From a virus (taxonomy: Duplodnaviria > Caudoviricetes): a DNA stretch of 57,365 bases. The translations under genes were made by a program, and so were the position numbers. The notes below the pieces were generated by a model, which did no database searches, was not told where the DNA came from, and saw only the letters and a list, made by a program, of their open reading frames with translations. The stretch spans positions 1 to 57,365 of IMG/VR virus record IMGVR_UViG_3300030001_000013; one strand, 5' to 3'. This document shows, piece by piece, positions 30,101 through 38,959 of the stretch (positions are counted from its first letter, which is position 1; each line of letters begins with the position of its first letter).

Positions 30101-30431
30101 TTGTAGCAGAACCCAAATAAGCGGCAATACCAATGCTAACCGCTCCAACTGCCGCCTTTAAACTTGTAAACGCTGATGATATTCTGCTTGTACTTGCTTC
30201 TGTCTTTGTTGCCGTTTCTTCTGCCGCACTGCTGATCTGATCTGTACTGCTTTTAACTGCATCACCTGCACCGCTTGAACTTGTTTGTATGCTTGACTGC
30301 ATATTCTGCATGATACTCGTCATCGTTCCTGTAGCTGATGTTAATGAACTGATTGATGCATTCATGCCGCTATCAATTCCAGAACTATCAATTTCCGCGC
30401 CTATCTGAAACTTTCCCAAATCCTCTGCCAT
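27129..30431 (-). CDS. tape measure protein
   Basis: 1100 aa, Ala/Gly-rich helical; C-terminal PSYDVGT..V..DQ.A.IH.GE; position after the chaperones. Confidence 0.9.
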   Translation of the reverse strand: MAEDLGKFQIGAEIDSSGIDSGMNASISSLTSATGTMTSIMQNMQSSIQTSSSGAGDAVKSSTDQISSAAEETATKTEASTSRISSAFTSLKAAVGAVSIGIAAYLGSATKSALDHEKAMMGLSRVTGMSIQDASQWSFAAKMSGVQTESFSTAVMSLSRGMLMAEKSMDTGRDKFTEFGVSVKDTNGHLLPTGQILSNIAERYNSLAPGMARSQFAFAMFRGEAQAMIPFLQKGAAGIDDLRKKAEQYGAVVHDTSAYMTWIQAQRQMSAVMDGFKMEIGNAMLPALTRLSTLVKNLAMAFNQISPETRNVIIQMAALGGAVGILLGGMAALKMVLVAVGFERFAGIVGTCINPVGLLTGAVGGLISGLTSATMAAVSFATSGTVVSTATGVMTGAVNGAKAAMLGMRLTLAEVSMLYRAGGVTSVLSYMRSLISMNGIVRIARVGLMALYGTVIAGIAVVVALAGAWTMNFGSIQEATAGTCDGIIYGLNNFSEGVSQMAKGIGEIFVALAKTIGNAIMGDFSGAIDSAKGLMSGLITGYTGLWQSAKGLGQAVYGAASDPEGAMKFGSAAFGAVKNGVSKLMTPDAYDGSGTGAPEGGYFEPDLSPDKEKKEKKEPKEKKEKDTDDSLSKGYQKAKDKYEEDEKTAQDNAEINGTKRTIQEKIALYQEDLKAAIETSKDGHDYNMGYLQLDITARKQAADEKRKIDKQASESYISMLKDQFEADDQHYADLAQNGLISQEQLLEAKKASLIKQQALQKTELEAEAAAAGTTYLAMEQAYTAFSNAKTATLRKAIAESVVLDATDKEAAIKAWTDITAHITKSEKDILAIDKQVTDERLKNVTKVVDSVSSSFGKMTTDLVTHAKGWKDALISFKTSITSVLNGMVSDWVSSNVKKYINSKLYQTKELKDKQTMNAEEKALNNANASSASTSAASASTDVISSLGSIMSELMIVYSIWSLIFGGSDSSSSTTYSPASSYRQTGAVYSSLPSYDVGTLDVAKDQVAQIHQGEAILPKPFAEGARSFIANGGFNQTNSNSNSNSNSNVTKISVSPNYNMSAIDGKGLGKVLSDSSKDLNQSVYRTQRSNNLQNQSRWGRP

Positions 30432-30449
30432 ATTCTCACCACACTTTCA

Positions 30450-30749
30450 CTAAACACTGCCGCCCGCCGCACCGAATAACGACATAAAATCTTCCATGCT
30501 ATTGTTGTATTCTCCATTCTCTATCTTCTTATTTACATCAATAACCTTTTCTTTTCTATACCCTCTAGCTTCCTTATTTTGCGTTGTAGGCGTTTTATCT
30601 TCATCACCGAACAAACTATTGCATAGCTCAATGATGACCCTTCCTGCGGGTGGATTATCGTTATGATAACGGATTGCTGACCCGATCTGTGCAATCTCCA
30701 TACCCCAATCAAATTTTTCACTGCTAATATTTAATTCAGCAGATAGCAT
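30450..30749 (-). CDS. tail assembly chaperone, frameshift extension (gpT-like)
   Basis: In the -1 frame and open from the slippery site at 30812-30818. Confidence 0.75.
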   Translation of the reverse strand: MLSAELNISSEKFDWGMEIAQIGSAIRYHNDNPPAGRVIIELCNSLFGDEDKTPTTQNKEARGYRKEKVIDVNKKIENGEYNNSMEDFMSLFGAAGGSV

Positions 30750-30772
30750 ACACCGAATATATTCCCAATCTG

Positions 30773-31171
30773 TTATTTCTTCTGTGCTTGAATCGCTACC
30801 TGCGCTAGACCGTTTTTTACACTGTTCTGCTCCATGAGTTTTTTATTGTATGGAGTCTGTGCCATCAGGTCATCAACATACATGATTAATGCAAATCCAT
30901 CTGTAATATTTTCCATCACAAATTTTTCAGTAATTTTAGGATAATTACGTTGTAATGCTAATGTAACTAATTCGACCATTATTTTATAAGCTTCACTATC
31001 AAAATTACCTTTTTCTTTAACTGTTTTTTCAACGGTTCCGATCTTTTCAAATGCATCATGTTCAGCATAAGCAATACCGCTCAAAGGTGGCATGATCAAT
31101 ATAGCCCCTGCAAAATCTATTTCGATACCCTTATATTTAGGCTCAATATTTTCAAAATCTTTAATTTCCAT
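30773..31171 (-). CDS. tail assembly chaperone (gpG-like)
   Basis: Between tail tube and tape measure genes; slippery A AAA AAC near the 3' end. Confidence 0.8.
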   Translation of the reverse strand: MEIKDFENIEPKYKGIEIDFAGAILIMPPLSGIAYAEHDAFEKIGTVEKTVKEKGNFDSEAYKIMVELVTLALQRNYPKITEKFVMENITDGFALIMYVDDLMAQTPYNKKLMEQNSVKNGLAQVAIQAQKK

Positions 31172-31265
31172 TTTTAATCCATCCTTATATAAAAATAAGC
31201 CCCGCGATTAAGCAGGGCTTTTATTAACTTATGATATTTATTACTATCTTGCTTATGTTATGCGA

Positions 31266-32444
31266 TTAAGCCGCGCCGCCTAAACTCATATATCCGATTG
31301 TGTTTGCCGCTGTACTGAATGCTTGATATTCATACGAAGGATAATTGAACTCACCGATCTTCATGCTGATTCCAAGTTTATTACATGTTATAGCAAATAA
31401 CCAGATATTAGCTTGTTCGGCAATACCTGCCTGATTTACTAATGTTCCTGATAAAAACATTTGGTAATATGTTGCAAGACCCTGCTTAGTATTGTTGATC
31501 GAAATTAAACGACCGCCATCATTTGTTGTCTTGTACATATATTTAGGTTTAATTGTCAAACCTGCCGCGCATTCTGCCGGATTGAATGAATATACACCGC
31601 TTACTACTTTGTAATATCCTGCCGGAACTACTGCACTTGTATCTGCTGTTGGAACTTCATCGCCGCCGCTTACTAACGAAGACAACGAAATGGAATTTGT
31701 TGATGTAACTTCCTGCAATGTTTCTGAACCACTTGCACTACCTACATACCATGCATAACCGCCCGCACTAGAATTAGCCGCTACATTCGCCGTAATCATA
31801 TTGGCACTGCCTGTCAATGCTCCTGTATTAACTGCCACACTTGCCGCTGTTACGCCATAATCAGCATCTAACGTCATATTTGGGGCTTGCACATTAAGCG
31901 TTAATTTGTTTGCTAAAATGCTTGTGATATAAGCGCACCGGATATAATAAGTACCTGCGGCAATACTACCACCTGCCGCCGCCCCCGTTGCTGTAACTGT
32001 TCCGACTGTCCCTAATGTCGCATCACTAAATTTATTCATGCTGATCAATTTGAATATACTAGAAACATCGTCAACGCCTAAATCTTGATTGAATCCACTA
32101 GCATTTGCCGCCGTAAAGCTTTGAACCGTACTAGACAATGTTGCTGTTTCTTCATTGGATAATTTGTATTGTGTTCCTTTTGTAACGGTAGCACAATTGG
32201 CAAGACCCATTGCCATAGTTTCGGCACTCCATTCAGCCGCCGAAAACTTGCCGCTGATCTTTAAATCTGCCAATGCAACTAATTTTGCTACTTTGTATGT
32301 GTCTTGTAATGATTTTGTTGATGTAGCAAAATCAACCTCTGCACTTTGGATAACCGTTGCCTCTCTTGGTGTTCCGCTTGAATCAATCATAAATAAATTA
32401 CCTGCGGAAAAAAGAAACTGTTGCCCTGTTGCTTTATCTGACAT
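31266..32444 (-). CDS. major tail (tube) protein with inserted beta-rich domain
   Basis: FLFSAG.L N-terminus, G.YSFN.A motif; GGS.AAGTYY insertion; synteny. Confidence 0.75.
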   Translation of the reverse strand: MSDKATGQQFLFSAGNLFMIDSSGTPREATVIQSAEVDFATSTKSLQDTYKVAKLVALADLKISGKFSAAEWSAETMAMGLANCATVTKGTQYKLSNEETATLSSTVQSFTAANASGFNQDLGVDDVSSIFKLISMNKFSDATLGTVGTVTATGAAAGGSIAAGTYYIRCAYITSILANKLTLNVQAPNMTLDADYGVTAASVAVNTGALTGSANMITANVAANSSAGGYAWYVGSASGSETLQEVTSTNSISLSSLVSGGDEVPTADTSAVVPAGYYKVVSGVYSFNPAECAAGLTIKPKYMYKTTNDGGRLISINNTKQGLATYYQMFLSGTLVNQAGIAEQANIWLFAITCNKLGISMKIGEFNYPSYEYQAFSTAANTIGYMSLGGAA

Positions 32445-32456
32445 TTTTCAACCCCC

Positions 32457-32852
32457 TTAATTTGTAACGTCTAACCTTGTTACTTTATACTTTGCTGAAA
32501 GATGATATGTTTGTGTATCATTTTCATATAAATCATCAGCGCAATGATATTGAATGCAATGAACAATACCGCCGCCAAGATTCTTTTTTTTATTTATTAA
32601 TGATTTTATTATATTGTAAATCGCTGTTAATTCATCATTACCTTTTTTGCTCCATACGTCACAAATATAATAACCGCTTTCCTCAAACTCATTTTTTTCT
32701 GTCATGATCTTTTCGAAACTAAGCGTTACACATGGATAAGCTGGATTAGCTATACTAGAAATATGTTTTGGATAGACCCGATCACTAACAATAGCAAGGA
32801 ACGGCGCATTGTTTATAAGCACACTTCTTATTGTTGCTTTTATAATATCCAT
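32457..32852 (-). CDS. tail terminator/completion protein
   Basis: RVYP...YPCVT, DVWS motifs; synteny. Confidence 0.7.
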   Translation of the reverse strand: MDIIKATIRSVLINNAPFLAIVSDRVYPKHISSIANPAYPCVTLSFEKIMTEKNEFEESGYYICDVWSKKGNDELTAIYNIIKSLINKKKNLGGGIVHCIQYHCADDLYENDTQTYHLSAKYKVTRLDVTN

Positions 32853-33388
32853 TACTTAACAACCCCGCCCCTTGCTGAATTAGAATCACCAACCGTTAAT
32901 GCATTCTTGATTATATCTAATACAACATCCTTTTTTTCTATCCACGAATGACCTAAGAAATCACGCGGTCGCATCTTACTTGTTCCCTCAATCAAATACT
33001 TGATATAAGGAACTTTGTCCTCACGAACGCCAACCGCAATGATTAACTTGTCACCTTCACGCTCACAAACCTGCTCGACTGACCCATATAATTGACCGCC
33101 TTGAATATGCGTAAATTCATCAGCATGAGGTCCGCTATCTTGTCCCATTTTTGTACTATATGCACCAATGTATTTAACCTCGCCATTACCTGCATCATAA
33201 GCAAAATAATGACTTAATGCATTTAAATCATGTTCATCAACTACCTGAACCTTTTGCATTACATCCTCATATAGAATACCAACCGCTAACTTACCAGCTT
33301 CATCCAATCGATCTTTTTGTTTTTGGCTAAACTCTTTCATATTTGAAATGACCGATTCTAAACCTCGAACATCAACACTGCCGCCCAT
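32852..33388 (-). CDS. HK97 gp10-like neck protein
   Basis: V.GLE N-terminus; PY..YL.EGTSKM.PRDFL. Confidence 0.8.
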   Translation of the reverse strand: MGGSVDVRGLESVISNMKEFSQKQKDRLDEAGKLAVGILYEDVMQKVQVVDEHDLNALSHYFAYDAGNGEVKYIGAYSTKMGQDSGPHADEFTHIQGGQLYGSVEQVCEREGDKLIIAVGVREDKVPYIKYLIEGTSKMRPRDFLGHSWIEKKDVVLDIIKNALTVGDSNSARGGVVK

Positions 33389-33747
33389 TACAAAACGCCG
33401 CCTGTTAAATTGATTTCATTGTGAGGAATACTTGGAGGATAAAAAGGATTTGTATCGCTTACCTGATAATTTGTATTGTCAATTACGACAATATCACCTT
33501 TTCTTACGTCAAGCAGGTTTCCGTCCGAATCATATAAACTGCATACCATCACTTTATAATCGAGGTCTGTTTTCCCTGCTCCTGCCATAAAATATTTACC
33601 CGCATCCGGTTCGATGTAGCACGGAACACTTGAATAAATAATAGGTGGTTCAGTTGACAATGTAGGTTCTCCACTTTCTGATGTTGAATCAATCGCATTT
33701 CGCTTTACAACGGCTTTTCTGTTATACATACATGATAATGCATCCAT
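33388..33747 (-). CDS. head-closure protein
   Basis: VPCY and DV.KGD.V...Y.V motifs; start moved to MDALSC. Confidence 0.65.
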   Translation of the reverse strand: MDALSCMYNRKAVVKRNAIDSTSESGEPTLSTEPPIIYSSVPCYIEPDAGKYFMAGAGKTDLDYKVMVCSLYDSDGNLLDVRKGDIVVIDNTNYQVSDTNPFYPPSIPHNEINLTGGVL

Positions 33748-33748
33748 A

Positions 33749-34126
33749 TCAAAACGAACTCCTGTGACAATCAAAATCCCTATCGAGACTAATTGTATCC
33801 GGCGAATCCATAGACACACTATAAACCTGTGGTGTATCTGCAAACTTTGCATTTAGAACATCAGACAATGACTTGTAATGATCATACCGCTGAGAATATG
33901 AAATTTGTGTTTTACCTGACGTTGTATCCATCAGCCTAGCAAATTTTGCACATATTCGCGTGCATGCTTCGTATGCGGCTTCTTCAACATTTGGATGATT
34001 TGCGGATAAATAAGAAATTTCTTCATCGGTGACTAATTGATCTGTTGTATCTGTATCGCCAATTAGAAAACGTATTTCATCCTTTATGCTTGCACTTGGG
34101 TTGTCATATGTCCACGACATAATCAA
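33749..34126 (-). CDS. head-tail adaptor
   Basis: D.IRFLIGDTD....L.TDEEI.Y motif. Confidence 0.75.
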   Translation of the reverse strand: MIMSWTYDNPSASIKDEIRFLIGDTDTTDQLVTDEEISYLSANHPNVEEAAYEACTRICAKFARLMDTTSGKTQISYSQRYDHYKSLSDVLNAKFADTPQVYSVSMDSPDTISLDRDFDCHRSSF

Positions 34127-34369
34127 TCACCCCTTTGCTTTAATTGGCTTTTCAACAGGTTTAGGCTTTTTGACTTCGCTGACCGTTTTTACTTCGATCT
34201 TCGTAATCAATTTTCTTAATTGCGTTTTCTTCTCCGGTTCGGTATAGATTAGATATTTGCAACTAATAAGATAAGGGAGATTAGGCGAATTTTCCACATT
34301 AGGAACAATTTCGCCAACTCCATATTCTTTGCCGCCTGAATTAAAAGCCTGTAATGCTTTGTATGCCAC
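34127..34369 (-). CDS. hypothetical virion-region protein
   Basis: 80 aa, immediately after the capsid gene. Confidence 0.6.
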   Translation of the reverse strand: MAYKALQAFNSGGKEYGVGEIVPNVENSPNLPYLISCKYLIYTEPEKKTQLRKLITKIEVKTVSEVKKPKPVEKPIKAKG

Positions 34370-35343
34370 TATGCAACAATGCCATTGAAGAACACGCCTA
34401 AATCGGTTGCAACAACTTTCATATCAAAAGCCATTTCCCCTTCAATGCGCTGTGCTTCTAATGCTTCTATACGGAAATTTTTAATACGGCTACCGAACGC
34501 AGACGAACCAAGAAGACCCGCCCAAGAGAACATGTATCCTGCTGATGGTTTTTGCAGACCAGGATTCTTTTCTACATAGCAAAGCATTGCAGAATTACCG
34601 AATAAGAAATCTAAACTATCCGTTGCGCCTTTAGCCGCTGAATTAACAACGCCATTAGCAACTAGAACTTGATCAACACCAAATAACGAAGCTAAAATTT
34701 CTTCATTTGTAACGCCGCGCTGAGTGTATTTAATACGATCAAGAATCAAAGGATGATCACATAATTTATCAAATACTTTACGACCAAGAACAAATGTATT
34801 TGCTTCAAATCCTGTGCCGCCTGCAATTACTTGCTTTGCTTTTCTTACATCGGTGATTGGTGCGCCATTCGTAAAATCAGACCACTGACAAAGATTATTT
34901 CCTGACGTAGTTGTCGAAACGCCTGTGAAATCTGTACCCCAAATACCAGAGCCAAAATAATTTTTCTGCCAAAGAACTTCTTTTCTCAACAAAAGTTTTT
35001 CTGTTAAGAACTGTGTTGCATCCCGTTCGGGGCTTAATGGAGTATCTGCGTTTGCCACTTCATCGTCTGATACGTCCTTATGAAATGCATATTTAGTGCA
35101 GAAATAAGATGGCGTATTGTCGATGGTGTAATCACCGCCTGCTGATTCTGTAGATGGTGCTCTTACTTGTGCTTCATCACGGAACCAATCGCCTTTATTA
35201 TATTTGAAATAACGGTCACTCTGTTTTTGAACCGGAATATTAGGGAATACTTTACTTGCAATGAATCTGTCCTGACCTTGAATGTATGCAACGCTGATAT
35301 TAGACAACGGTGCATCAATATGCTGACTCGCTAATGATGGCAT
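34369..35343 (-). CDS. major capsid protein
   Basis: HIDAPLSNISVAY, FIA..VFP.IPV, L.DHP.I.DRIKYT. Confidence 0.88.
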   Translation of the reverse strand: MPSLASQHIDAPLSNISVAYIQGQDRFIASKVFPNIPVQKQSDRYFKYNKGDWFRDEAQVRAPSTESAGGDYTIDNTPSYFCTKYAFHKDVSDDEVANADTPLSPERDATQFLTEKLLLRKEVLWQKNYFGSGIWGTDFTGVSTTTSGNNLCQWSDFTNGAPITDVRKAKQVIAGGTGFEANTFVLGRKVFDKLCDHPLILDRIKYTQRGVTNEEILASLFGVDQVLVANGVVNSAAKGATDSLDFLFGNSAMLCYVEKNPGLQKPSAGYMFSWAGLLGSSAFGSRIKNFRIEALEAQRIEGEMAFDMKVVATDLGVFFNGIVA

Positions 35344-35405
35344 TTATATCAACTACCTTTCTTTTTTGGGAATTAAAAAAGACCGCTATATTTGCGGCCT
35401 TTCCT

Positions 35406-36137
35406 TTATTTCGAAATTGTGAGTAATACGAATCCAGAACCTTCACTGAATGCCGTTACTGACGATGCAACCAGCTTAATTGTATCTGTAGCACCAAACG
35501 CGTTATTTGCCGTAATTGCTGTACCTGATACTGATGCACCCATCGCCGTTAATGCCGCCGTTGTAAGCGAAATAACGCCGCCTGTTACTGCGATAGTATT
35601 AATGGATAGACCCAATGTGGCAAGCTTCGAAGCTGTTGAAGCAACTGCGGTGCTTACAAACTGTGCCGAAACAATTTTCCCTGCAAATCCTGATGTAACT
35701 GCCGCAACTGTACCTGCCCCTGTAATGCCTGCAAGCTGAATAGGAATAGATAATGTCTGATAAGCAACATTGTTAGAATTGAATCTTGCACCTAACAAAA
35801 CCGAATGAATTTCATTTGCCGACCCTGCTTCTAATGCTGTACCAATAATTACATCAGTAGACAACGTTGAAACAACTAATTTACCGTTTGCATCTGCTGT
35901 CAATGCCGCGCCGCCTGTTACCGTGCCGCCATATACTGCCATAGATACGCCCGCAACCATTACATTTACAGGTCTGCCACTTGCCATAGGTTCTTGGATA
36001 ATACCCACACCGCCTGCCGCCCCTGCTGTTGCCTGAACAATATTAACGCCGCTCATTGCACCCGCTAAATACTGTGCCGTGCTTAAATCTGCACCTGCCG
36101 GAAAAGTGATTCGTTGTAAAGGAATTTCATAAGCCAT
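35406..36137 (-). CDS. capsid cement/decoration protein (DUF2190-like) with C-terminal extension
   Basis: AGADLS..QY, GG.V..G..LT.DA.G, IG.ALE motifs. Confidence 0.75.
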   Translation of the reverse strand: MAYEIPLQRITFPAGADLSTAQYLAGAMSGVNIVQATAGAAGGVGIIQEPMASGRPVNVMVAGVSMAVYGGTVTGGAALTADANGKLVVSTLSTDVIIGTALEAGSANEIHSVLLGARFNSNNVAYQTLSIPIQLAGITGAGTVAAVTSGFAGKIVSAQFVSTAVASTASKLATLGLSINTIAVTGGVISLTTAALTAMGASVSGTAITANNAFGATDTIKLVASSVTAFSEGSGFVLLTISK

Positions 36138-37171
36138 TATTTAGCACCTCTCATTTCGTCACGATGTTGCACATACAATTCAGGATTCTGATCACATGCT
36201 TTTGCAAATGCCTGTTCTTTTGTGCATTTATCGCTTTTTTGAATTTCAACTGCTTTTGCTTCTAACTGTTTTTCAACAGACGATTCACTCACGCCACCTG
36301 AACCGATTTCATTAAACAAGCCGGATTTTTTGATTTGTTCTTCTTTTGCCTGTTCTGATGCTACAAATTTTGTAAAAGCTTCTGTGCCATGAATAGATTT
36401 CAAGAAAGGCATAAGACCTTCAACATCAAACCCGCCAATACCATCAAATGATTTTCTAATCTGAATTTCTTTGTCTGCTTCATCACGTTTTTGAAACTTT
36501 TCTTCTAAATCCTGATATCTCTTTTCAAGACTTACATATTCTGCGCTTTTTACTACATCAATAACTGGTTCCGCTGATTTAGCAACTGCGCTTTTGCATG
36601 CATCACACATACAACCTTCGGGATGACCCGCTGGAGTTTTTGGTTTATCTGCCACTTTGGACACACTTCCTTTCGATTCTGTACATTCATCACCGTCTGG
36701 CTCTCCTGCTTGCGGCTGTTCATCACTTGCGCCCGCTATAAAATCGCCCAACTGCGAATGAAGGTCTTTTAATGCGTTAATACGATCACCAGAAATTTTC
36801 TTTCCGGCTTTGATAACGCTGTTTGATTGCAAGAAACTCATGAATTGCATGAATGCAACGGTCGTTGCGCTCAATTTGTCTGTGACTGTTTCATCTTCTG
36901 AAATACTTCTGATAGAATCCTGAAACGCACTGAATCCGTCCCACATAGCATCCCGCGCATTATCTGCACTTAATGCTGTGTTAAAATCTAACGCCTTTTC
37001 AACATCAGAAGTTTTTAAACTGCCATTCTTTAAAGCTTCGCCTAAACGTTTTACCATTTTGATTAATGGGTTTTCATTATCAGCATTTTTTATAACAACA
37101 AAACTTTGACCATTCGCCGCCTTATCAACTGTGCTTACTTCATTGACTTTAAGATTGATTAACTTTGGCAC
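36137..37171 (-). CDS. head scaffold-like protein
   Basis: L.V.EVS.VDKAAN N-terminus, KAGKKIS, C-terminal T.EQAF.KA...NPELY; GTG start after AAGGGGG. Confidence 0.65.
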   Translation of the reverse strand: MPKLINLKVNEVSTVDKAANGQSFVVIKNADNENPLIKMVKRLGEALKNGSLKTSDVEKALDFNTALSADNARDAMWDGFSAFQDSIRSISEDETVTDKLSATTVAFMQFMSFLQSNSVIKAGKKISGDRINALKDLHSQLGDFIAGASDEQPQAGEPDGDECTESKGSVSKVADKPKTPAGHPEGCMCDACKSAVAKSAEPVIDVVKSAEYVSLEKRYQDLEEKFQKRDEADKEIQIRKSFDGIGGFDVEGLMPFLKSIHGTEAFTKFVASEQAKEEQIKKSGLFNEIGSGGVSESSVEKQLEAKAVEIQKSDKCTKEQAFAKACDQNPELYVQHRDEMRGAK

Positions 37172-37200
37172 CTTTACACCCCCTTTATTTTTATACAAAG

Positions 37201-37237
37201 AAAAAAGACCAAGCACACAATATGCCTGATCTTTTTT
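37201..37237 (-). terminator. terminator upstream of the scaffold gene
   Basis: AAAAAAGATCAGGCA-loop-TGCTTGGTCTTTTTT. Confidence 0.7.
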
Positions 37238-37407
37238 CTATTACGTGGAACTGTTGACAGGAAATAGCAGTAACCTATCAAATTTGTAGGAATTTATTTA
37301 AATGAAAAAACTATTGGGCTTTTACACCTTGCCTAAAGGATATCATTTTTTATATCAGAAAGCAATACATTTTTTATACTAAATATAGATGTAAGCTATA
37401 ATTATGG

Positions 37408-37902
37408 TCATTCGTTAGGTACTCTTACGCCCATACCGCCCATACTGAACCCTGTACGTTCACCGTTTAACACCTTTTCGAAATATTGTGGTTCGTATTG
37501 AACCGCCATCATCCAAGTTCCTTTTTTAATTGTCATATCATTTATTGTGCAATCGCAAGGCATAATATAGGATTCAATAATGTCGCCTACGTCACTATTC
37601 CATGACTGGTGCTGATCTCCCATTGCTTGCGTTCCCTTTTGGACAATATTCATAATATCCGTAACATCAATGCTGACCTGCTCTGTGTCTCCTGTAAGCA
37701 ACTCCATCGCCTTTTTGATTGTTACATTCAGGCTTTTATTTATGCCGCCGAACTGTATACTTTTGTTGAACTCATGACACGCTTTTTCGATTGTTGGCGC
37801 ATCTGAGAAATCACCCTGTAAATCAACTTCATCAGGTGCATATACAACGCCTAATACGATTCGTTGCATTTCGTTTTTTTTAATAAATGACGTTTTTGGC
37901 AT
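37408..37902 (-). CDS. XkdF-like prohead serine protease
   Basis: RIVLGVVYAPDEVD.QGD, IIESYI.P, KGTW, G..TGFSMGG. Confidence 0.85.
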   Translation of the reverse strand: MPKTSFIKKNEMQRIVLGVVYAPDEVDLQGDFSDAPTIEKACHEFNKSIQFGGINKSLNVTIKKAMELLTGDTEQVSIDVTDIMNIVQKGTQAMGDQHQSWNSDVGDIIESYIMPCDCTINDMTIKKGTWMMAVQYEPQYFEKVLNGERTGFSMGGMGVRVPNE

Positions 37903-38177
37903 TAATTTAAATCCTCCAAATTCTCCAAATTCTTTAATATAACTGATGGCGAATTACTAAAATCGCATCCAATAATTTGAATGCCGCTAAATGATTTTAA
38001 TACTAAATCATCGTTATACGCTTTCTTGTAATATGAAAATTTACTATCGAAATTAACATTCTCGTTTATGATTATTTCAGGTTTTGGAAATCCCTGCATT
38101 TTAATTTTTACCCCGATATATTTTATATCGTTAACACTTGCATAATGAAAACATTTTTCTAAATCTTTAATTGTCAT
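37902..38177 (-). CDS. conserved hypothetical phage protein
   Basis: YIGV.I...GF..PEIIIN...NFD.K..YYK.AY..DL motif. Confidence 0.65.
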   Translation of the reverse strand: MTIKDLEKCFHYASVNDIKYIGVKIKMQGFPKPEIIINENVNFDSKFSYYKKAYNDDLVLKSFSGIQIIGCDFSNSPSVILKNLENLEDLN

Positions 38178-38359
38178 TTATCTTTACCCTCCAACTTATT
38201 TTTTAATTGAATGATCTTTAAATTATCTAGCGACCACAATATCATAACAATTCCTAAAAAATTATATCTTATAGGTGTATGACCAAACAAACAATGGCTT
38301 ATCTGCATCATGCCGCCTATCATAACCACCATCCAAAATAAACGTTTTAGTTTTATCAT
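38174..38359 (-). CDS. small membrane protein
   Basis: Two hydrophobic helices. Confidence 0.55.
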   Translation of the reverse strand: MIKLKRLFWMVVMIGGMMQISHCLFGHTPIRYNFLGIVMILWSLDNLKIIQLKNKLEGKDK

Positions 38360-38571
38360 TTATTTTCTTGCTCCCATCCACGATTATTCCAATACTCATT
38401 GTCTCGATAAAATAATATAGCGCATATCACCGCTGTTACTAATCCATAAACTATGAGAAATAAATTGATAAATCCATAAACCATAAAACCGAATATCAAA
38501 AACATAATAAATGAACTAATAGCCGCAATGATTGAACGCCTTGGATATTTTTTATAATGCTTCATTTGCAT
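38356..38571 (-). CDS. small membrane protein
   Basis: Two hydrophobic helices; start moved to MQMKH. Confidence 0.55.
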   Translation of the reverse strand: MQMKHYKKYPRRSIIAAISSFIMFLIFGFMVYGFINLFLIVYGLVTAVICAILFYRDNEYWNNRGWEQENK

Positions 38572-38573
38572 AT

Positions 38574-38915
38574 TTACTCCAATCCGCTTAACTTTTCTGC
38601 GCTCCACTGACGATCTGTTAATCCTGTACATGTAATAATCTTTTTATCTGATATTTCTCCTTTGCATAACTCGACCCGATCAATGATATTAACGTTAGGA
38701 ATGCCCCTAATCTTGTCAATATCAACCTCGCCACATAATTCAATTGTAACTGTTGGGAACTCTTCTTTGCCCAAATGTATGTCAGCCGACTGTACACCTT
38801 TTATTTTATTTCCATCAATTTTAACAGATAGCCCAAAACTGGCAGTGCAATCAATACCATCAAAAACCTTTTCTGTACTTATTTCTATTTTAGGTAAATT
38901 ACTCATATCAATCAT
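38574..38915 (-). CDS. hypothetical protein
   Basis: 113-aa ORF with AAGGA RBS. Confidence 0.6.
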   Translation of the reverse strand: MIDMSNLPKIEISTEKVFDGIDCTASFGLSVKIDGNKIKGVQSADIHLGKEEFPTVTIELCGEVDIDKIRGIPNVNIIDRVELCKGEISDKKIITCTGLTDRQWSAEKLSGLE

Positions 38916-38959
38916 CCTTTCAACTTTATTATAACTCTACGTAATAGAAATGGGAAGAA

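Noticed and set aside
37235-38950. 12-bp inverted repeat TTTCTATTACGT flanking the protease and four small ORFs
   Set aside because: A 12-bp match is unremarkable in an AT-rich 57-kb sequence; no transposase or target-site duplication seen.
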